A stretch of 63,801 nucleotides of DNA, the filler included, from Octopus bimaculoides (lineage: Eukaryota): the NCBI RefSeq assembly GCF_001194135.2. It is 6 parts of 6 records of this genome, joined end to end, with 100 filler letters (N's around TTAATTAATTAA, not from the genome) between each part and the next. Parts side by side here need not be neighbours in the genome. Positions count along the whole stretch, not along the records: positions 13,493 to 31,419 come from NC_068984.1; positions 31,520 to 45,050 come from NC_069000.1; 4 more parts are not named here. One strand, 5' to 3'. Positions 22,731 through 37,289 of this stretch are shown here, one piece after another (within the stretch, counting starts at the first letter, position 1; each line of letters starts with the position of its first letter). The notes beneath the pieces were generated by a model, which ran no database searches, was not told the origin of the DNA, and was given only the letters and a program-made list of their open reading frames with translations. Both the position numbers and the translations under genes were made by a program.

Positions 22731-25596
22731 ACAGGTCATTTTTGCCAACTGAATGGACTGGACCAACGTGCTGAAGGACACAATGCACCTCTGGGAGTCG
22801 ACTTCACTAATCTTCCAAAACAAATACACAGACGTAGTTTAGTTTTCTCTAATGATCAAAAGGAATACGAGTAATGAAGCCAAATTCCACTGTGAACTAA
22901 TATTACAAATCTTATTTCAGACACTACAAGTATCATCATTTTTTTTCTGTATAAACAATTTAATTTATAACCTCTTCCTCTTAGATTATCTATAGTGTTA
23001 AAACTATAGCCAAATGAAATGGGCAACAAATATATAAAGTTCGTCGATTTCAACATTTTTGGTCTGTATTTTATTGGTGACAAGTTTTCTAAGTGTAACA
23101 CTGATTGATGTAGGTGGTATTGTTGATAACAGTTACAAAATATAATTTTTTTTTTAAGATGTGTCTGCATATCTCATTTAGATCTCTCCTCTTTCTCTCC
23201 CCCATCTTGATCATCTTTGGATTTTTTCTCCGTCATTTCTCTTTCTATAAATTAAAATATGTTAATGAAGAGGATGTTCTCAATATTTCAAAATCTCATG
23301 CGTTATCAGGAATTTTAAAAACAAATCTAAAAACATATAAAAATAGATATACAGAAAAATGTCCACATGTCTATATATGTATGTAATTTTATATGTATGT
23401 TACTAACGGATTGATTGAGCAAACTAACATGAAAGTTAAAATCAGATAAGAAACCCACTGATATAAGGAGAATTAAATCTCGCAACCAATAAAAACTTAG
23501 AAAACGTTTCTCAATATGTTTATAATATGTATGTATGTATGTATGTATCTATGTATGTATGCATATATGTATGTATGTGTATATAGATAGATAGACAGAT
23601 AGGAATAGATATACATATCACATTTTCGAAAATTCGCAATCCTGTCCTTTAACTTCTGTTACATGTATTAACTACGAATTCTAGTCCAATGTTTAGTAAC
23701 GGCATCTGTAGTGTCTTGAAAATACCTTACTTAGATCTGCAACATTTAAAGTATATGAACTATGCACGTTTCATAGAATGTTGGGTTATACACCAAAGAA
23801 TATATTACTTGTACCATTTCATGCGTGACCCGTTGTGGACAAAAGCAATAAACTCTCAGTTGTCCAGTTTATCAAGTTGTCAATCAGCACGGCAAAAATA
23901 GATGGTTTATTGACTTAAGGCGTTCGGGTATTGGATAATTAATAAGAGTTTTGTATGTAATATTGAATCTATTACAGGTAATGACTGGATCACTAGTCTT
24001 TGACATACTGCACAATAACGAATCATTTAGTGATGGCATCCAACGACGCATGTGATATTATTTGAAGTTTCAGCTCAATAAACATAGCACTTAGCATTTA
24101 TTCTGCTATAAGCTTTATCGTTCTTCAATTAAGCTAAAAGTTAAAGCCCCTTAATCATCACGTGAATTGCAACGATCAATAGGACCAGATCTGAATTCTA
24201 GCTTCCGTAGTGATGAATATGAGATATAAATGGCATAAATATCCCACTTAGATTAAGCGGTTGTCTATCACAGTTAATTTCAAAGTATCTCCAGTTATTT
24301 ATCCTTCAAAAGATGTGTATTGATGCAATGCGGTATCTAATAGCTTACTTTGAATCAACATGGATCATCGATAGTGGATATGATTTCACGATACTATGAT
24401 ACTATAGCTATTTGGCATCTTTTTCTACAGGTTTAGTTCAAAGAATGTAAAATGTTATCACATCTGTTTTCCGGTTTACCTCAGATTTCAAAGTGAATGT
24501 AAGGCATCTCTACTGTCTCTTGTACGATTTACCTGATATATTTCAATATAGACACATAACAATATAGGAAACCTAAACATATGAATGCCAATAGATGGAA
24601 CAAATTATTTATAATTGCATGAACCAATGGTCTGGCTCGATTGATTGCAAAAACTATCTTTGCAACAAATATGAGTTAGGTCAGTTAGTATGTTTCATTT
24701 GGGCTGTTTATTTAAGATAATTATGTTATTAGCGCTGTTAAAAGAAATGAAGGTGTTCTGGATTAAAATGCTATTTCCAGTAACCAATCTTAATCGAATC
24801 TCCAAACCATGGAAGCAATAATAGCAAATGCAAACATATGAAGGGTCAAAGTACGTGTTGCTGTGAGGTATTGACAACACTTCTTTATGAATGAAAGATG
24901 TTTAAACACCTTAAATAAAATTATCATCTAAACAGTTTTACGGAGTTCCTCGAGGTATTATTGATAACTAACATACACCAAAACTTATTTGACAAGCGGG
25001 AGATTTGTAGGTGAGGAAGTTAACTTGAATATATGTGGTGTTATGGTAATCTGTGTATACACATTATTATTGTATGAATATGATGAATACTTTTATAACA
25101 GGCATTTACCTGTCCTTACCATTTTGATATAATGAAAACAAAGAGAGTCTGATGAAAGATTCCTGAGAAGCAGAGCTGGAATTCTCTATAAGAAGCATAG
25201 ACTTTTATGATTGCCATGGCTTCGGCAATTTTCTGTCAGCTACTAGTACACACATAGAAATGATCGAGATGACAATGGAGTAATTTTATAGAGCAATAGT
25301 TCATGACATTAGTTCATCCAATAGCAATAATAATGTACCAAATTCTGATTGTCTGTGTGATTCAGTTGTACATGGAAAGAGACTAGGGTTCAAAGGTTAA
25401 TGTATCACACCAATATTTACAATAAGAATGATTATAAAAAAATATTGATAATTAGACTCACTTCACATTTATATTGTGCCGGACTTGCTGCTAAAGAACA
25501 TAATCATTAATATTGTTGTCATCGACGACTGTGTTTTGCAGGTTCAGTCTTTACTACCTAGACATAGCAATTTTACCATCTTCAGTGTTATTTTCA

Positions 25597-25632
<36 letters not shown>

Positions 25633-28005
25633 NNNNNNNNNNNNNNNNNNNNNNNNNNNNNNNNNNNNNNNNNNNNNNNNNNNNNNNNNNNNNNNNNNNN
25701 NNNNNNNNNNNNNNNNNNNNNNNNNNNNNNNNNNNNNNNNNNNNNNNNNNNNNNNNNNNNNNNNNNNNNNNNNNNNNNNNNNNNNNNNNNNNNNNNNNNN
25801 NNNNNNNNNNNNNNNNNNNNNNNNNNNNNNNNNNNNNNNNNNNNNNNNNNNNNNNNNNNNNNNNNNNNNNNNNNNNNNNNNNNNNNNNNNNNNNNNNNNN
25901 NNNNNNNNNNNNNNNNNNNNNNNNNNNNNNNNNNNNNNNNNNNNNNNNNNNNNNNNNNTATATATATATGCATGTATTTATATGTATATATTAGTTACAA
26001 GGAGTGACAATGAAAAAAATAGAATTCTTGGTTTAATTATAGAAAATGAAACGATGTTTCAAACGACTATTTCACTCTTTGAACAGGGTCCATTTTCTTC
26101 TAAGTGGTTGTAACACCTTTGCAATATGGCATGTCGAACTCTGAAATGGTGAAGTTTTAAGAGGCTTAAAGAATGACCTACTGGTTTCAAATTTCGGGGG
26201 ATGTTATTACAATCAGACACTAGCTATGAACACAACCGATCGCAGTGAGACACCTACTGGACATTCATATACACAGAGCATTATGGTGACAGCATATAAT
26301 GCAGTATATTTAGAGAACTGTAATCAAAATGTTCGGGAAGTAGACTAAATGGGTTTAGTTTATGGAAGGCTACGGTGTTTGAAATAAAGACCGATAAATG
26401 TTTATCCTATGTTGGATGTTAATATGGATAAATGAGCTTTTGATCTGAATGTTACATGGGTTTCATTGAGTTTCAAAGGAGAAAGATGCAGTCTGTGACA
26501 GGGTGGACCACAGTAAACGAAAGTTTTGGAAAAGTGTTTATTGTATCACTTTTCATGCTTACATGATATAGCTAAGCGAGTTATTGCTGATATTTCTTGT
26601 AATATAAGCGTACAAGCGAGTGAGGAGAGGTTTCTCCACTTTCTAAATTATGATAAGTAGCCTATTGTGGATGTAAATGACCGCTTGCAGCAATATACAC
26701 TGTGATACACCAGTTACCAGAGATATCAGTAGGGTGACATATTCTAGTTATATATAGTTTTTGCTACAACAAAACTAAGGGCATATGGAGTACATATATT
26801 ACCGAGTGTATTGTTTTCCTGTCTTTACTAATATAATTAGGTAATGCTTATTCTCTTGTAAATTCTGACATAGTGTTCTATAGTATATATTATTGTTGTT
26901 TATTTGAAATCTACAATCGTTATGCCTTATAATCGGAACTTGTGATTCATAAATGTTATAAGAACTAGCTATAGTCGTTGATACTTCGTGGAGGAATTAT
27001 CACTTATATATAAATATATGAAGATATATATGTGTGTGTCTGTGTGTGATATAGTTCTTTAAATAATATTGCCGATATTTTGATTGCAAAATTTGCATCA
27101 TTAAATAATTTATTTTGAATATTGGCTATTATATACACAGCTTGAATGAACAAGAATACGTAGTTTTAATTGTACAGAAAGCAAATAACATCCAGAATTC
27201 TAAAACAGCATGGGTTGGTTTTAGATGTATATATACTTTTAAGAATTATAACACAAACGGCGTTTTAGAGCGAGGTTAAACATATTTTTTGTTATCTTTT
27301 ATGCAATAAGACAGATGACAAAATATCTACTTTACAAAATATTGACATTCATAGATATAAAATTATATCTTTTATATGTGGAAATAGATTTATTTTGACC
27401 AGGCACAATCTCATTTATGCAAATGAAGAACTGTTACAGATTGCATCAAGCACAATAATATAATATTGTTGGCATTTACCTTTTAGACCCTAGTGAGATG
27501 AAAGGCAATGTTGACAATAGCAGGATATGCATTCATAGCAACAATGTATTCAAGTAGATTCTTAGAAAAACACCATTAAATGTGACTTTTTAACACGTCG
27601 TTTTTTTCGTTCATGTTTTTATTCATTTCATGAATATATTGCAAATTTATCTGTAGAACAGAAACCATCTGCAAAGGTGAGATGTAGTCAAAACGAGAGA
27701 TAACAGTTAGAAAGAAGTCAAGAAAATACTGAATACCATATACGTGTAATAAACCCAAACATTTTCAAAAGTATTGTTACAAAATTAAATGCAAATATGA
27801 TTTATAATAGCTTTTATAAAATTAGATTTCACAATCTACTGAACATTATCAAGGAGCATTTCTTGATCTATATTGTTTATATATTAATTTCTAATATTAC
27901 CAATATTTCATTATTAGTCCTTACGTTTGGATTAGATAAAATATCTTTCTTCAGTCAAGTAACATTTTAAGGATATATCGGGTTCATCTTGATTGAAGTG
28001 GTTAC

Positions 28006-28179
28006 CTATTAGTAGCGTTTCGCTTCGTAAGAGGTTGCAGGATTGCGTATGAGTAAACGGCACGAAGAACAAGAGTGTCCAATGTTGTGGTAAGTACTGT
28101 GAATAAGTAATAGACAGGACGTTTTACAATTGAGTCATTGGTACTCAATGAAACCCATGTAACATTGGTACTTAGAAGG
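28006..28179 (-). CDS. Candidate internal exon LLSTNVTWVSLSTNDSIVKRPVYYLFTVLTTTLDTLVLRAVYSYAILQPLTKRNATN
   Basis: Acceptor ttttttattattcatag|, donor ag|gtaacc. 174 nt, phase 2 to phase 2, open, with three N-glycosylation sequons. Family not identified. Confidence 0.4.
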
Positions 28180-29368
28180 CTATGAATAATAAAAAAAAAT
28201 CTTTGGAAATGTGACTGGAGAAAAAACAAGTCATACACATTCAGTAACATCTCTCATTCAAAAACTCGGAGGTAAAAGAAAAACCAAGAAGCAAATGCGT
28301 AATTAAATTATGTAAACTTCATTTCTCATCTCCCCAAACGACCTTTTGAATATTTCTGTTTTTATTTTCTCGTCACCGATGGACTGCTGCCAGAAAAAAC
28401 CTTTACTTATAGTGTGAAACAAATAAATAAATTGAAACTCTATACTATCTTGAATTTAGTTGGTCTACGTTTTGTTTGGTTCATATAACCAGGGTAACAG
28501 AGACCGAGATATTCGTTTCCGATAATCATTTGGTAAACGGAGAAAATCTTTTCTTTTGAAACACTCACAGTTTAAATATGTTTCAAATATTAAATGAAAG
28601 TTTAAAGAAAAATACTTCTGTATATATTGCTTTTGTTTTGTGAGCGACATGTGTTACTTCAAGCTTAAATTTATTTCTGGTCATCACGAAAGATTTAATC
28701 TACGTACGAGCGAAGTCAGTCTGGTAACTATACTCTTGAAATTGCTTCGAGGTTCAAGTAATATTCTAAAGTAATACATTTAAGTAACACCTTTAATAGA
28801 TTGTTTTGAAATAATGTTTTCTTAAAAAAAAACATTGAATGTGCATGAGCGTACTAATTTTACATGCGGTCCTACTTAGACATACATATGTCAGTTCCGA
28901 CATAAAATGAGATTCGGCTTTCTTGAAATAGTTATTGCTGTTATCTGTGACATGTCTTTATGCACTCGAAATTATCTGGTCTATTATAGTTAGTGGGCAA
29001 CCATACAGGAATTTTACCTTCTTATTAATGTTACGGTGAGACTTTTCTTTCAACAAAATTTGAGAATTCTTACTCAGGCGAGTTATAATGCAGGGCACCA
29101 GCAGAACAACGCCTAACCTAAATATAGACGTCAAACAACTATAAGCCACTTTGAGTTGCATTCCATTGGCACAAGGTTGAATGGGAGGAAAATGGATAAA
29201 TGAGATTTCGTAAAACTTTGGTTAACTCCAAATCTCCAGTACTCTTGATTATAATTATATATATATAATTATATAATTACATATTGATTTTACCTATATG
29301 GTTTTTACTATTTGCTGGCCACTGATAAAATCATTTATGTTTCAAGATTTCATCCTTAATTATGGATA

Positions 29369-29585
29369 CAGTAAACCCTCGACTATTGCGGGTGTTACAT
29401 TCCAAAACCCTCCGCAGCAGGTGAAAATCCTCGAAGTAGAAACATTACTGTATTTTTAAAAATTATTTTAATAATTTGTATATATTTATTTTATTAAAAA
29501 TGCAAAAACAACACTACAGTGGAATTGACATAAGCTTAAATTATAACCCGCGATAAGTGAACCGCGATACGGCGAGGGATTATTG
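29369..29585 (+). mobile_element. Tigger/pogo-type MITE
   Basis: TIRs CAGTAAACCCTCGACTATTGCGG / CCGCGATACGGCGAGGGATTATTG, TA on both sides, 217 bp. Confidence 0.85.
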
Positions 29586-29601
29586 TACATACATACATAC
29601 A

Positions 29602-29633
<32 letters not shown>

Positions 29634-29977
29634 TAGCTGTTTTCTGCTCAGTTTCCAACAATAAAATTTTTCCTGAAACTGAATTCATTATCCAGATTAA
29701 ACTCGAATTACTTAACATGCCGCTCAGTTGGATCGAACGTGAAATTTATTTGTTGCGCATTAATTTACATAACTGTGAATATATTTGAGGTTATTGAGCT
29801 ATGGTTAGTATGGTTTTTTTTATCGCACCCCTTTTATTTATTCAAATCACTTTTTCGACGACTATCTTAATATTTTAAATTCATTTTATAATCACAATTC
29901 GTCTTATTTTAGCATGATGTGCACATTCAGTTGTTAAGGTGTTGACAAAGAATGTAGTCTTTAATATCATGTGCTGT

Positions 29978-30195
29978 TAAGGCGGCAGCGGTCAGAATCT
30001 TTAGCACATTGGACTAAATGCTTGGTGGTACTTTGTCCATCACTGCGTCCGAGTTCAAATCCCACAGAGGTTGAGTTTGTCTTTTATCATTTCGGGGTTG
30101 ATAAAATAATAAGTACTAGTTGAACACTTGGTTTGATGAAATCGACATAACACGTTCAAGAAATTGCTGGACTTATGCCAAAATTTTATACCAAT
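29978..30195 (+). mobile_element. SINE family C
   Basis: ggcggcagcggtcagaatctttagcac..gagttcaaatccc..ttttatcatttcggggttgataaaat. Related copies at 1775-1980, 32060-32480, 38570-38735, 40518-40710 and 41800-42003. Confidence 0.8.
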
Positions 30196-31386
30196 ATTGT
30201 ATGCGTTTATGTGATCGCATGGGTACAATGTGAGCAAAAAATTTGAAGTATAACGCAAAACATTTCAAACCTAAGAGAAGCAATTTAGCAGCAAGCACTT
30301 GTCATCACTTTCCAATAAAAAAAAAGAACATGAAGCGAAAGGTAGTATGACAAAATAAAAATATAACCTAAAAGAAGTTGCGCTAAATTAAATCGTCAAA
30401 TTCATTTTTAAAACACTTATTCTTATTCCATGAACATTATACATCTGTATATACTTCCAATATAAACAATATCATACAATGTCAATTTCCTTTGTCAGTT
30501 GCCTCTATATTGTTACAGCCTAACAATGATGTAGATACAAACAAAAAAGAACATGAATAAATGATGATTAAAAGCAAAAAGGTATGCATTATATGTCTAT
30601 ATCGAAAGGATAGCGTAGAATGTTTGGGAAGCAATTCTTCCGGAAAAAGTTACGTTTAAATCGATAAATACATATCCAACAATGACGAAACAAAAACAAA
30701 CATCGTAACCAGATTCACGGGTAATCATACCACAAACATATCAGTAATATAATAAGAAATATACAATTGAATTTAATATGGAGGCTGCCATGATGAAGAG
30801 TACCTTAAAACAATTATACAAAGTTGAGGGGCAGTTTAGGAAATGAATTTGCTAATCGCAAATCTATTGTTACTTCAACGAATCCTAATCTCACTCAATG
30901 GATTCCACAAAAGTTTGTCTGGATGCACGTTAAACATAATGATTATATATGTGCATTTCCTTCTCAAGCATTCAATCATTTAATTGTTAATAGCTATGGT
31001 TATAAATTTTACAATTGTAAACGATATGAATTCCATCAGTTATTATAAATCTAATATTTAAATAGGATCGTAATTACATACATGATTCATCAGTAATTTC
31101 ATATTGGGTAGCACCTAATTTGTTGTGTTAATTCTTAATTGTACTTTTGTTGTTTACTCATATATTACAAGGCCAAACTTCAACAAAACCATCTAGAGTA
31201 CTTATGAGAATTAAGAATAAAGGCAAAGAAGAGAGTAGAAGCGACAGGGAGAGAGATTGTGTGAGAGAGAAATAGAGAGAAATGTTTTAATAGTACAGGA
31301 AACATATTAGTCTAACTTTATCTTACGATGAACAACTGTATTTCTGTTAATACGCTAGTAAGTTATTAATCGACCTTGTCATTATA

Positions 31387-31419
<33 letters not shown>

Positions 31420-31519
31420 NNNNNNNNNNNNNNNNNNNNNNNNNNNNNNNNNNNNNNNNNNNNTTAATTAATTAANNNNNNNNNNNNNNNNNNNNNNNNN
31501 NNNNNNNNNNNNNNNNNNN

Positions 31520-31589
<70 letters not shown>

Positions 31590-32059
31590 GTATGTATGTA
31601 TGTGCGTGAGTGAATACACACACAAACGTATATATATATATACATACATACATTTGTAATAACATGCATATATCTGAACTTCAAAGAAATCTAAAATATG
31701 TTCCTATAAAAAGAAGAAAGAAACCCTTGCTTTTTGGTTATTATCTATCATAACCTGAGCAATGAATTTAACTTCTTTCAGCTTTCCATGATCTCCATAC
31801 AAAAAAAAAAAAAAAAAAAATTAAGTAATAAATACAGAAGAAGATTTACTCTACTAAGTCCACCCCACATTATCAACATCTTAGTCCTTATCATCACATC
31901 ATCACCATCATCTTTTCATTTGTTTTGAATAAGTTTCTACTCAAAGTTCTGCATTACGTTTTGTACGTAATGAAATTTTGATTGTAAAGTTCGTTTATTT
32001 AGCATTGTTGTTGGCGTTTATTTTATTGTAATTTCGGTCTTCTGTAAGGTTACAAACTG

Positions 32060-32480
32060 GAGAAATCGTTAGCACATCGGTGAAGATGCTTAACAGAATT
32101 TCTTTCGCATCCTTACGTTGTGAATTCCTATTCCACCAAGGTTGACTTTGCGTTTCATCCTTTCGGGATCGATAAAATAAGTACCAGTTAAGTACTGGGG
32201 ACGATGCAATCGATATACCCCTCCATCAAAATGTCTGGCCTTATGCCAAAATTTGAGAGAGCAATTATTGTGTCCTCTCTTTTGCATTTCGTATGAACAA
32301 AGTGAGTTGTGCTGTTTTGTGTCTTCTAGTTTTACGTTCCAAATTCAAATTCCATTGAAGTCGGCTTTGCCTTTCATCCTTTGAAGATCGATAAAATAAG
32401 TACCATTTGAGTTCTAGGATTAATGTAATCGATTTATCCTTCTGCTAAAGTGCCTGGCCTTGTACCAAAAATTTGAAAGA
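32060..32480 (+). mobile_element. Two tandem family C SINE copies sharing 3' flank
   Basis: gactttgc.tttcatccttt..gatcgataaaataagtacca..ggcctt.t.ccaaaatttga.agag.aatt.t.gtgt occurs twice, about 240 bp apart. Confidence 0.75.
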
Positions 32481-33471
32481 GTAATTCTAGTGTTTTATCT
32501 TTTGCATTTGGCATGTTCAAAGTCAGTTGTGATGTTTTGTTGAGTGGTGATTAAATTTCCTATATCTTATGTGAATGTTCTTACGTGTTTTATCGTTCAG
32601 TTCGCAGCTCACTGTGTACAGTATGAGGCATGCGAGTTATGTCTTACAGTTGGTGTTATAGTTTCAAGTCTCTAATTTTGAAAGACTATTTTTATATTTT
32701 TGATTGGACGTTGATCGGGCAGAGTATGTTAGTGCGTGTTGTGTGATATCTGTTTAGTTGGGATTCATTGGGGGTATATATATAAGCTGTATGTTCTGCC
32801 TTACATTGTTTTGTAGCGTTTGTGTACAAGTATGTGCTATGTGAGTTGAGAAAGTATTACTGGATGGTAATTGTATAAGCTGTGTTGCAAGCAGACAGTA
32901 TGAGCCCTAATAAATGCTATTTGAATGGAACTATCTTGCATAGGACACGGGCTGTAAACTAACAGGTCAATTTTGGGATAATAGCTATGTAATAGAGTTC
33001 TAATCGTATAACATCCGTGTGTCCTTTTAGACGTTGTAAATATAACCCTTCTTTGTTAGATTTTTGATAGTGTATTCTAAATAAATTGTAGTCCATCTTT
33101 CCCCCATCTAGTCTTGGAATATTTTTAGCGCATCGTCGAAACTTTCATACCAATAGCTTGTTACTGGGGCATTTAAAGTATGCTTCCTTATTACGTAACT
33201 GTTTTACAATTAGCTCTGTTTTAAGTATTAATCTAATACTTCTATAATATCTTTTTACATTCGTGTGTGTTGTACTCTGCTTAGTTTATTAATTCCTAAG
33301 TATTTGTATGTCTGGTCTAATTTTCTGGTCTTGCTTTCTTCATCTAGCATGATATTTTTGATCTTAATTAATTTTCCTCGTTTCATGTTTGCCTTGATGT
33401 GTTTTCTAACCCGATTCTCGTAACATTTCCATTATCAAATCACTGTGTGTTGTCGGCAGTATTGCTTTCGG

Positions 33472-33521
<50 letters not shown>

Positions 33522-33747
33522 NNNNNNNNNNNNNNNNNNNNNNNNNNNNNNNNNNNNNNNNNNNNNNNNNNNNNNNNNNNNNNNNNNNNNNNNNNNNNNN
33601 NNNNNNNNNNNNNNNNNNNNNNNNNNNNNNNNNNNNNNNNNNNNNNNNNNNNNNNNNNNNNNNNNNNNNNNNNNNNNNNNNNNNNNNNNNNNNNNNNNNN
33701 NNNNNNNNNNNNNNNNNNNNNNNNNNNNNNNNNNNNNNNNNNNNNNN

Positions 33748-33789
<42 letters not shown>

Positions 33790-33793
<4 letters not shown>

Positions 33794-34990
33794 CATCAAG
33801 TACAGGACATCACCAACGAGTGAAAAGTACGTAAGCACACGACAGATAAGTACAGGACAAAATACCAGAAAATATACAATAAGAGCAGGACATCGCCAAT
33901 GATTAAAAAATACGTAACCGCATAATGAGAGTCAAGTACGGGACAAAATATCAAAAGAAGTCTAACCTCTCTTCAGTTCTCGGATGTTAATTACTTCGTA
34001 TTTCGAGCTTTCAACGACAAGATAGGAGACCTTCATAAAACAGCATCATCCCTAAAATTTTAAAGTATAAAATTTCTGGAGAGTTAGAACTTCGAAGGAA
34101 CAAACAACGTTGGAGTGGACGAACAGAGTAAACAATCGACGAAGACAAACATTAAGGACCGTTAAGGCAAGAAGCGTTGCAAAGTCACGTTGTAAAGTCA
34201 CGTCTGCGTTTTGTTGATGCGTAATTAAGATTGATAACCGAATGAATCTTTACGACACATGATCTGCACATGAAGAAAGGGGGTGAGCTGGCAGAGACTA
34301 CGAACCCGTGGTCTGCAGGAAGGGACACAACAGGCGTTCTGACTGTGTCCGCACGTCGAAATTATTCATACGCACATCTATGAACAGGGCCTTGGGCTTA
34401 ATTCAGACAACAATTTGAAGCTTCTGGAAAGTGTGTTCAATATACGTCTGAAAGAGAGAGTGGTTCTTTGGCTGAGAGTATATATTAAAAAGGGAGGAAT
34501 AAAAGCTATTTGCATATATTTTACGAAGACCAGTGAGCATTTTCATACAACACCGAAAGAGAAGCTAGAGGGGCTTTGGCCGATGGATGCGATTGGATGT
34601 GCACCCCTCCATCGATCAGAGAAGTGCATATGCGTTCGTGTGATACACAATTGCCCGCAAGTCGCTGCCGTAATATTCGTACAACACACATACGAAGATC
34701 ATGGTCAGTAATATAGCTGATTTTGACCCTCCTCTAATCGTGTGTGGTGAACAATATCTGATCAGGAGAACTCTACATAGATATACATTTAGCCATATAT
34801 CACAAATACTCCACGTTTTTGCGGTTTACCCAAAACCGAATCCGATTAACCTTCTACCAAAATTCACAAGAGTCAGGACTCAGATGCACGAGGCAAAATT
34901 AATTATATCCTGGCTACAGTTCGCAGACAAGCGAGGGCGAAAAGGAACACGCAGTGGACGTTGAGCCAAGTCGGGGTACTTCTCGGTCTT
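33790..34990 (-). mobile_element. Decayed Penelope-like element (GIY-YIG region)
   Basis: Minus-strand reads TCGQLCITRTHMHFSDRW (compare C..C...YIGET...L..R) and QRPLRVPFRPR (compare PP..AFRR). Heavily decayed. Confidence 0.4.
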
Positions 34991-35184
34991 TATTAAGTAA
35001 TAATTTCTCACCCCTTGGTGGGTGGTAACTTTCCCTTTAATTAAATCTGATTAGATGTTAATCTGTTTTTCATAATGTATTTGTCTCCACAACACTCTTT
35101 TATTGCATCTGTTTTATAACCCTTCTGTCTACGTTTTCTGACCCAATAAATACCTTATTATTGCTGCTCTTATCATCATCATCA

Positions 35185-35230
<46 letters not shown>

Positions 35231-35340
35231 ATTACTGATTACGTATGTATATATGTTTACACAAACGCACATGCTCACACACAAACACACACACACATAC
35301 GCCTTTGGATGTACATTCATGCATATATACATATGTACAT

Positions 35341-35376
<36 letters not shown>

Positions 35377-36152
35377 ATATNNNNNNNNNNNNNNNNNNNN
35401 NNNNNNNNNNNNNNNNNNNNNNNNNNNNNNNNNNNNNNNNNNNNNNNNNNNNNNNNNNNNNNNNNNNNNNNNNNNNNNNNNNNNNNNNNNNNNNNNNNNN
35501 NNNNNNNNNNNNNNNNNNNNNNNNNNNNNNNNNNNNNNNNNNNNNNNNNNNNNNNNNNNNNNNNNNNNNNNNNNNNNNNNNNNNNNNNNNNNNNNNNNNN
35601 NNNNNNNNNNNNNNNNNNNNNNNNNNNNNNNNNNNNNNNNNNNNNNNNNNNNNNNNNNNNNNNNNNNNNNNNNNNNNNNNNNNNNNNNNNNNNNNNNNNN
35701 NNNNNNNNNNNNNNNNNNNNNNNNNNNNNNNNNNNNNNNNNNNNNNNNNNNNNNNNNNNNNNNNNNNNNNNNNNNNNNNNNNNNNNNNNNNNNNNNNNNN
35801 NNNNNNNNNNNNNNNNNNNNNNNNNNNNNNNNNNNNNNNNNNNNNNNNNNNNNNNNNNNNNNNNNNNNNNNNNNNNNNNNNNNNNNNNNNNNNNNNNNNN
35901 NNNNNNNNNNNNNNNNNNNNNNNNNNNNNNNNNNNNNNNNNNNNNNNNNNNNNNNNNNNNNNNNNNNNNNNNNNNNNNNNNNNNNNNNNNNNNNNNNNNN
36001 NNNNNNNNNNNNNNNNNNNNNNNNNNNNNNNNNNNNNNNNNNNNNNNNNNNNNTATATATATATATATACATGTATGTATGTATATGTGTGTACATATAT
36101 ACACATATATATGTTATTGTTAATAATAGTAATAATAATAATAATGATGATG

Positions 36153-36196
<44 letters not shown>

Positions 36197-36406
36197 TATA
36201 ATAATAATAATAATAACAATAATAATAATAATCACAACTACAACTACAATAATAATAATGCGTATATATGTGTGTTTTCTAGGCTAATTACCAATTATGA
36301 AGTAATGTCAACAGACGGTGTCGTAGGGTCATCATATTTGATAAATTGTAAACATTACTTCTGTCAGGGTCAGATATACTAACAGATTTCGGCTGAAACC
36401 GTTCAA

Positions 36407-36453
<47 letters not shown>

Positions 36454-37027
36454 GAGGAGGAGAGAAGGGAGAAAGAGAGGTAGAGAGACAGACGGAGAAA
36501 GAGAAAGATAGATTAATAATATAACCACACCTACATCAGACCTTACCTTCGTCTGCCTGACTGTCTCTTTTCCCCTCTCTCCGTCTGCCCTCTCTCACTC
36601 TCTCTCACACACACACTCTAACTTACACACATGGGCACATCTACTCTATCTCTCTCTCACACACAGACACACATACTCTCTCCCTCTCTCTCTTTCTCTC
36701 TCTCTTTAAACTTTCACTCTTTCGTAATCAATTCCCATAACTTTATTTCATCATGTTTTTTATTTTTCTTGAATTTATTAGTGAATATCTTCCCAGCTTC
36801 CTTCTGTTTATCTTTCAAATTTCTCATCATCAACATCATCATCATCATCATCATCTTTTATTTATTTATCATATTTTATTTTATTTCGTATTTTATATTT
36901 TATTTGTTTCTGTCATTGGACTGGCCAGGCTGGGGCACCGCTTTCAAACATTTCGTCGAACAAATCAACACTAGTACTTATTTAAAAAAAAGTCCAGTAC
37001 ATATTCTATCTTCATCTNNNNNNNNNN

Positions 37028-37250
37028 TGGGGATGGTCATATTGCCAGTTTAGCCAATAAAAACACGCGCACTGTATATTTGGTGTTAATTTGCTTCAGC
37101 TTTATATTACATTACATTACATTAATCCTATTTCGGCCAGAGTTCTTTCGTCACACTTCTGTGACCTCATCAGTGGTCCTTTGCTTTCTTCTTCTTTCCT
37201 ATTTGTGTGTCTTTCCTTTATTGGCTAAACTGGCAACATGACCATCCCCA
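37028..37250. mobile_element. Foldback/MITE-like element with 33-bp TIRs and an internal hammerhead-like motif
   Basis: 37028-37060 matches the reverse complement of 37218-37250 at 32 of 33 positions. Confidence 0.85.
37135..37179 (-). ncRNA. Hammerhead-like motif (variant)
   Basis: ggacca-CTGATGA-g-GTCACA gaag TGTGAC-GAAA-gaaCTC-tggcc. Perfect 6-bp stem II with one extra G, minimal stem III. Confidence 0.55.
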
Positions 37251-37289
37251 AATACAACAATATCTGTTTCAACACACGATTTCGCATCA

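Noticed and set aside
25135-25160. Other CTGANGA occurrences (e.g. about 2860, 17334, 25135, 45266, 59399)
   Set aside because: No stem II plus GAAA plus NUH arrangement follows them.
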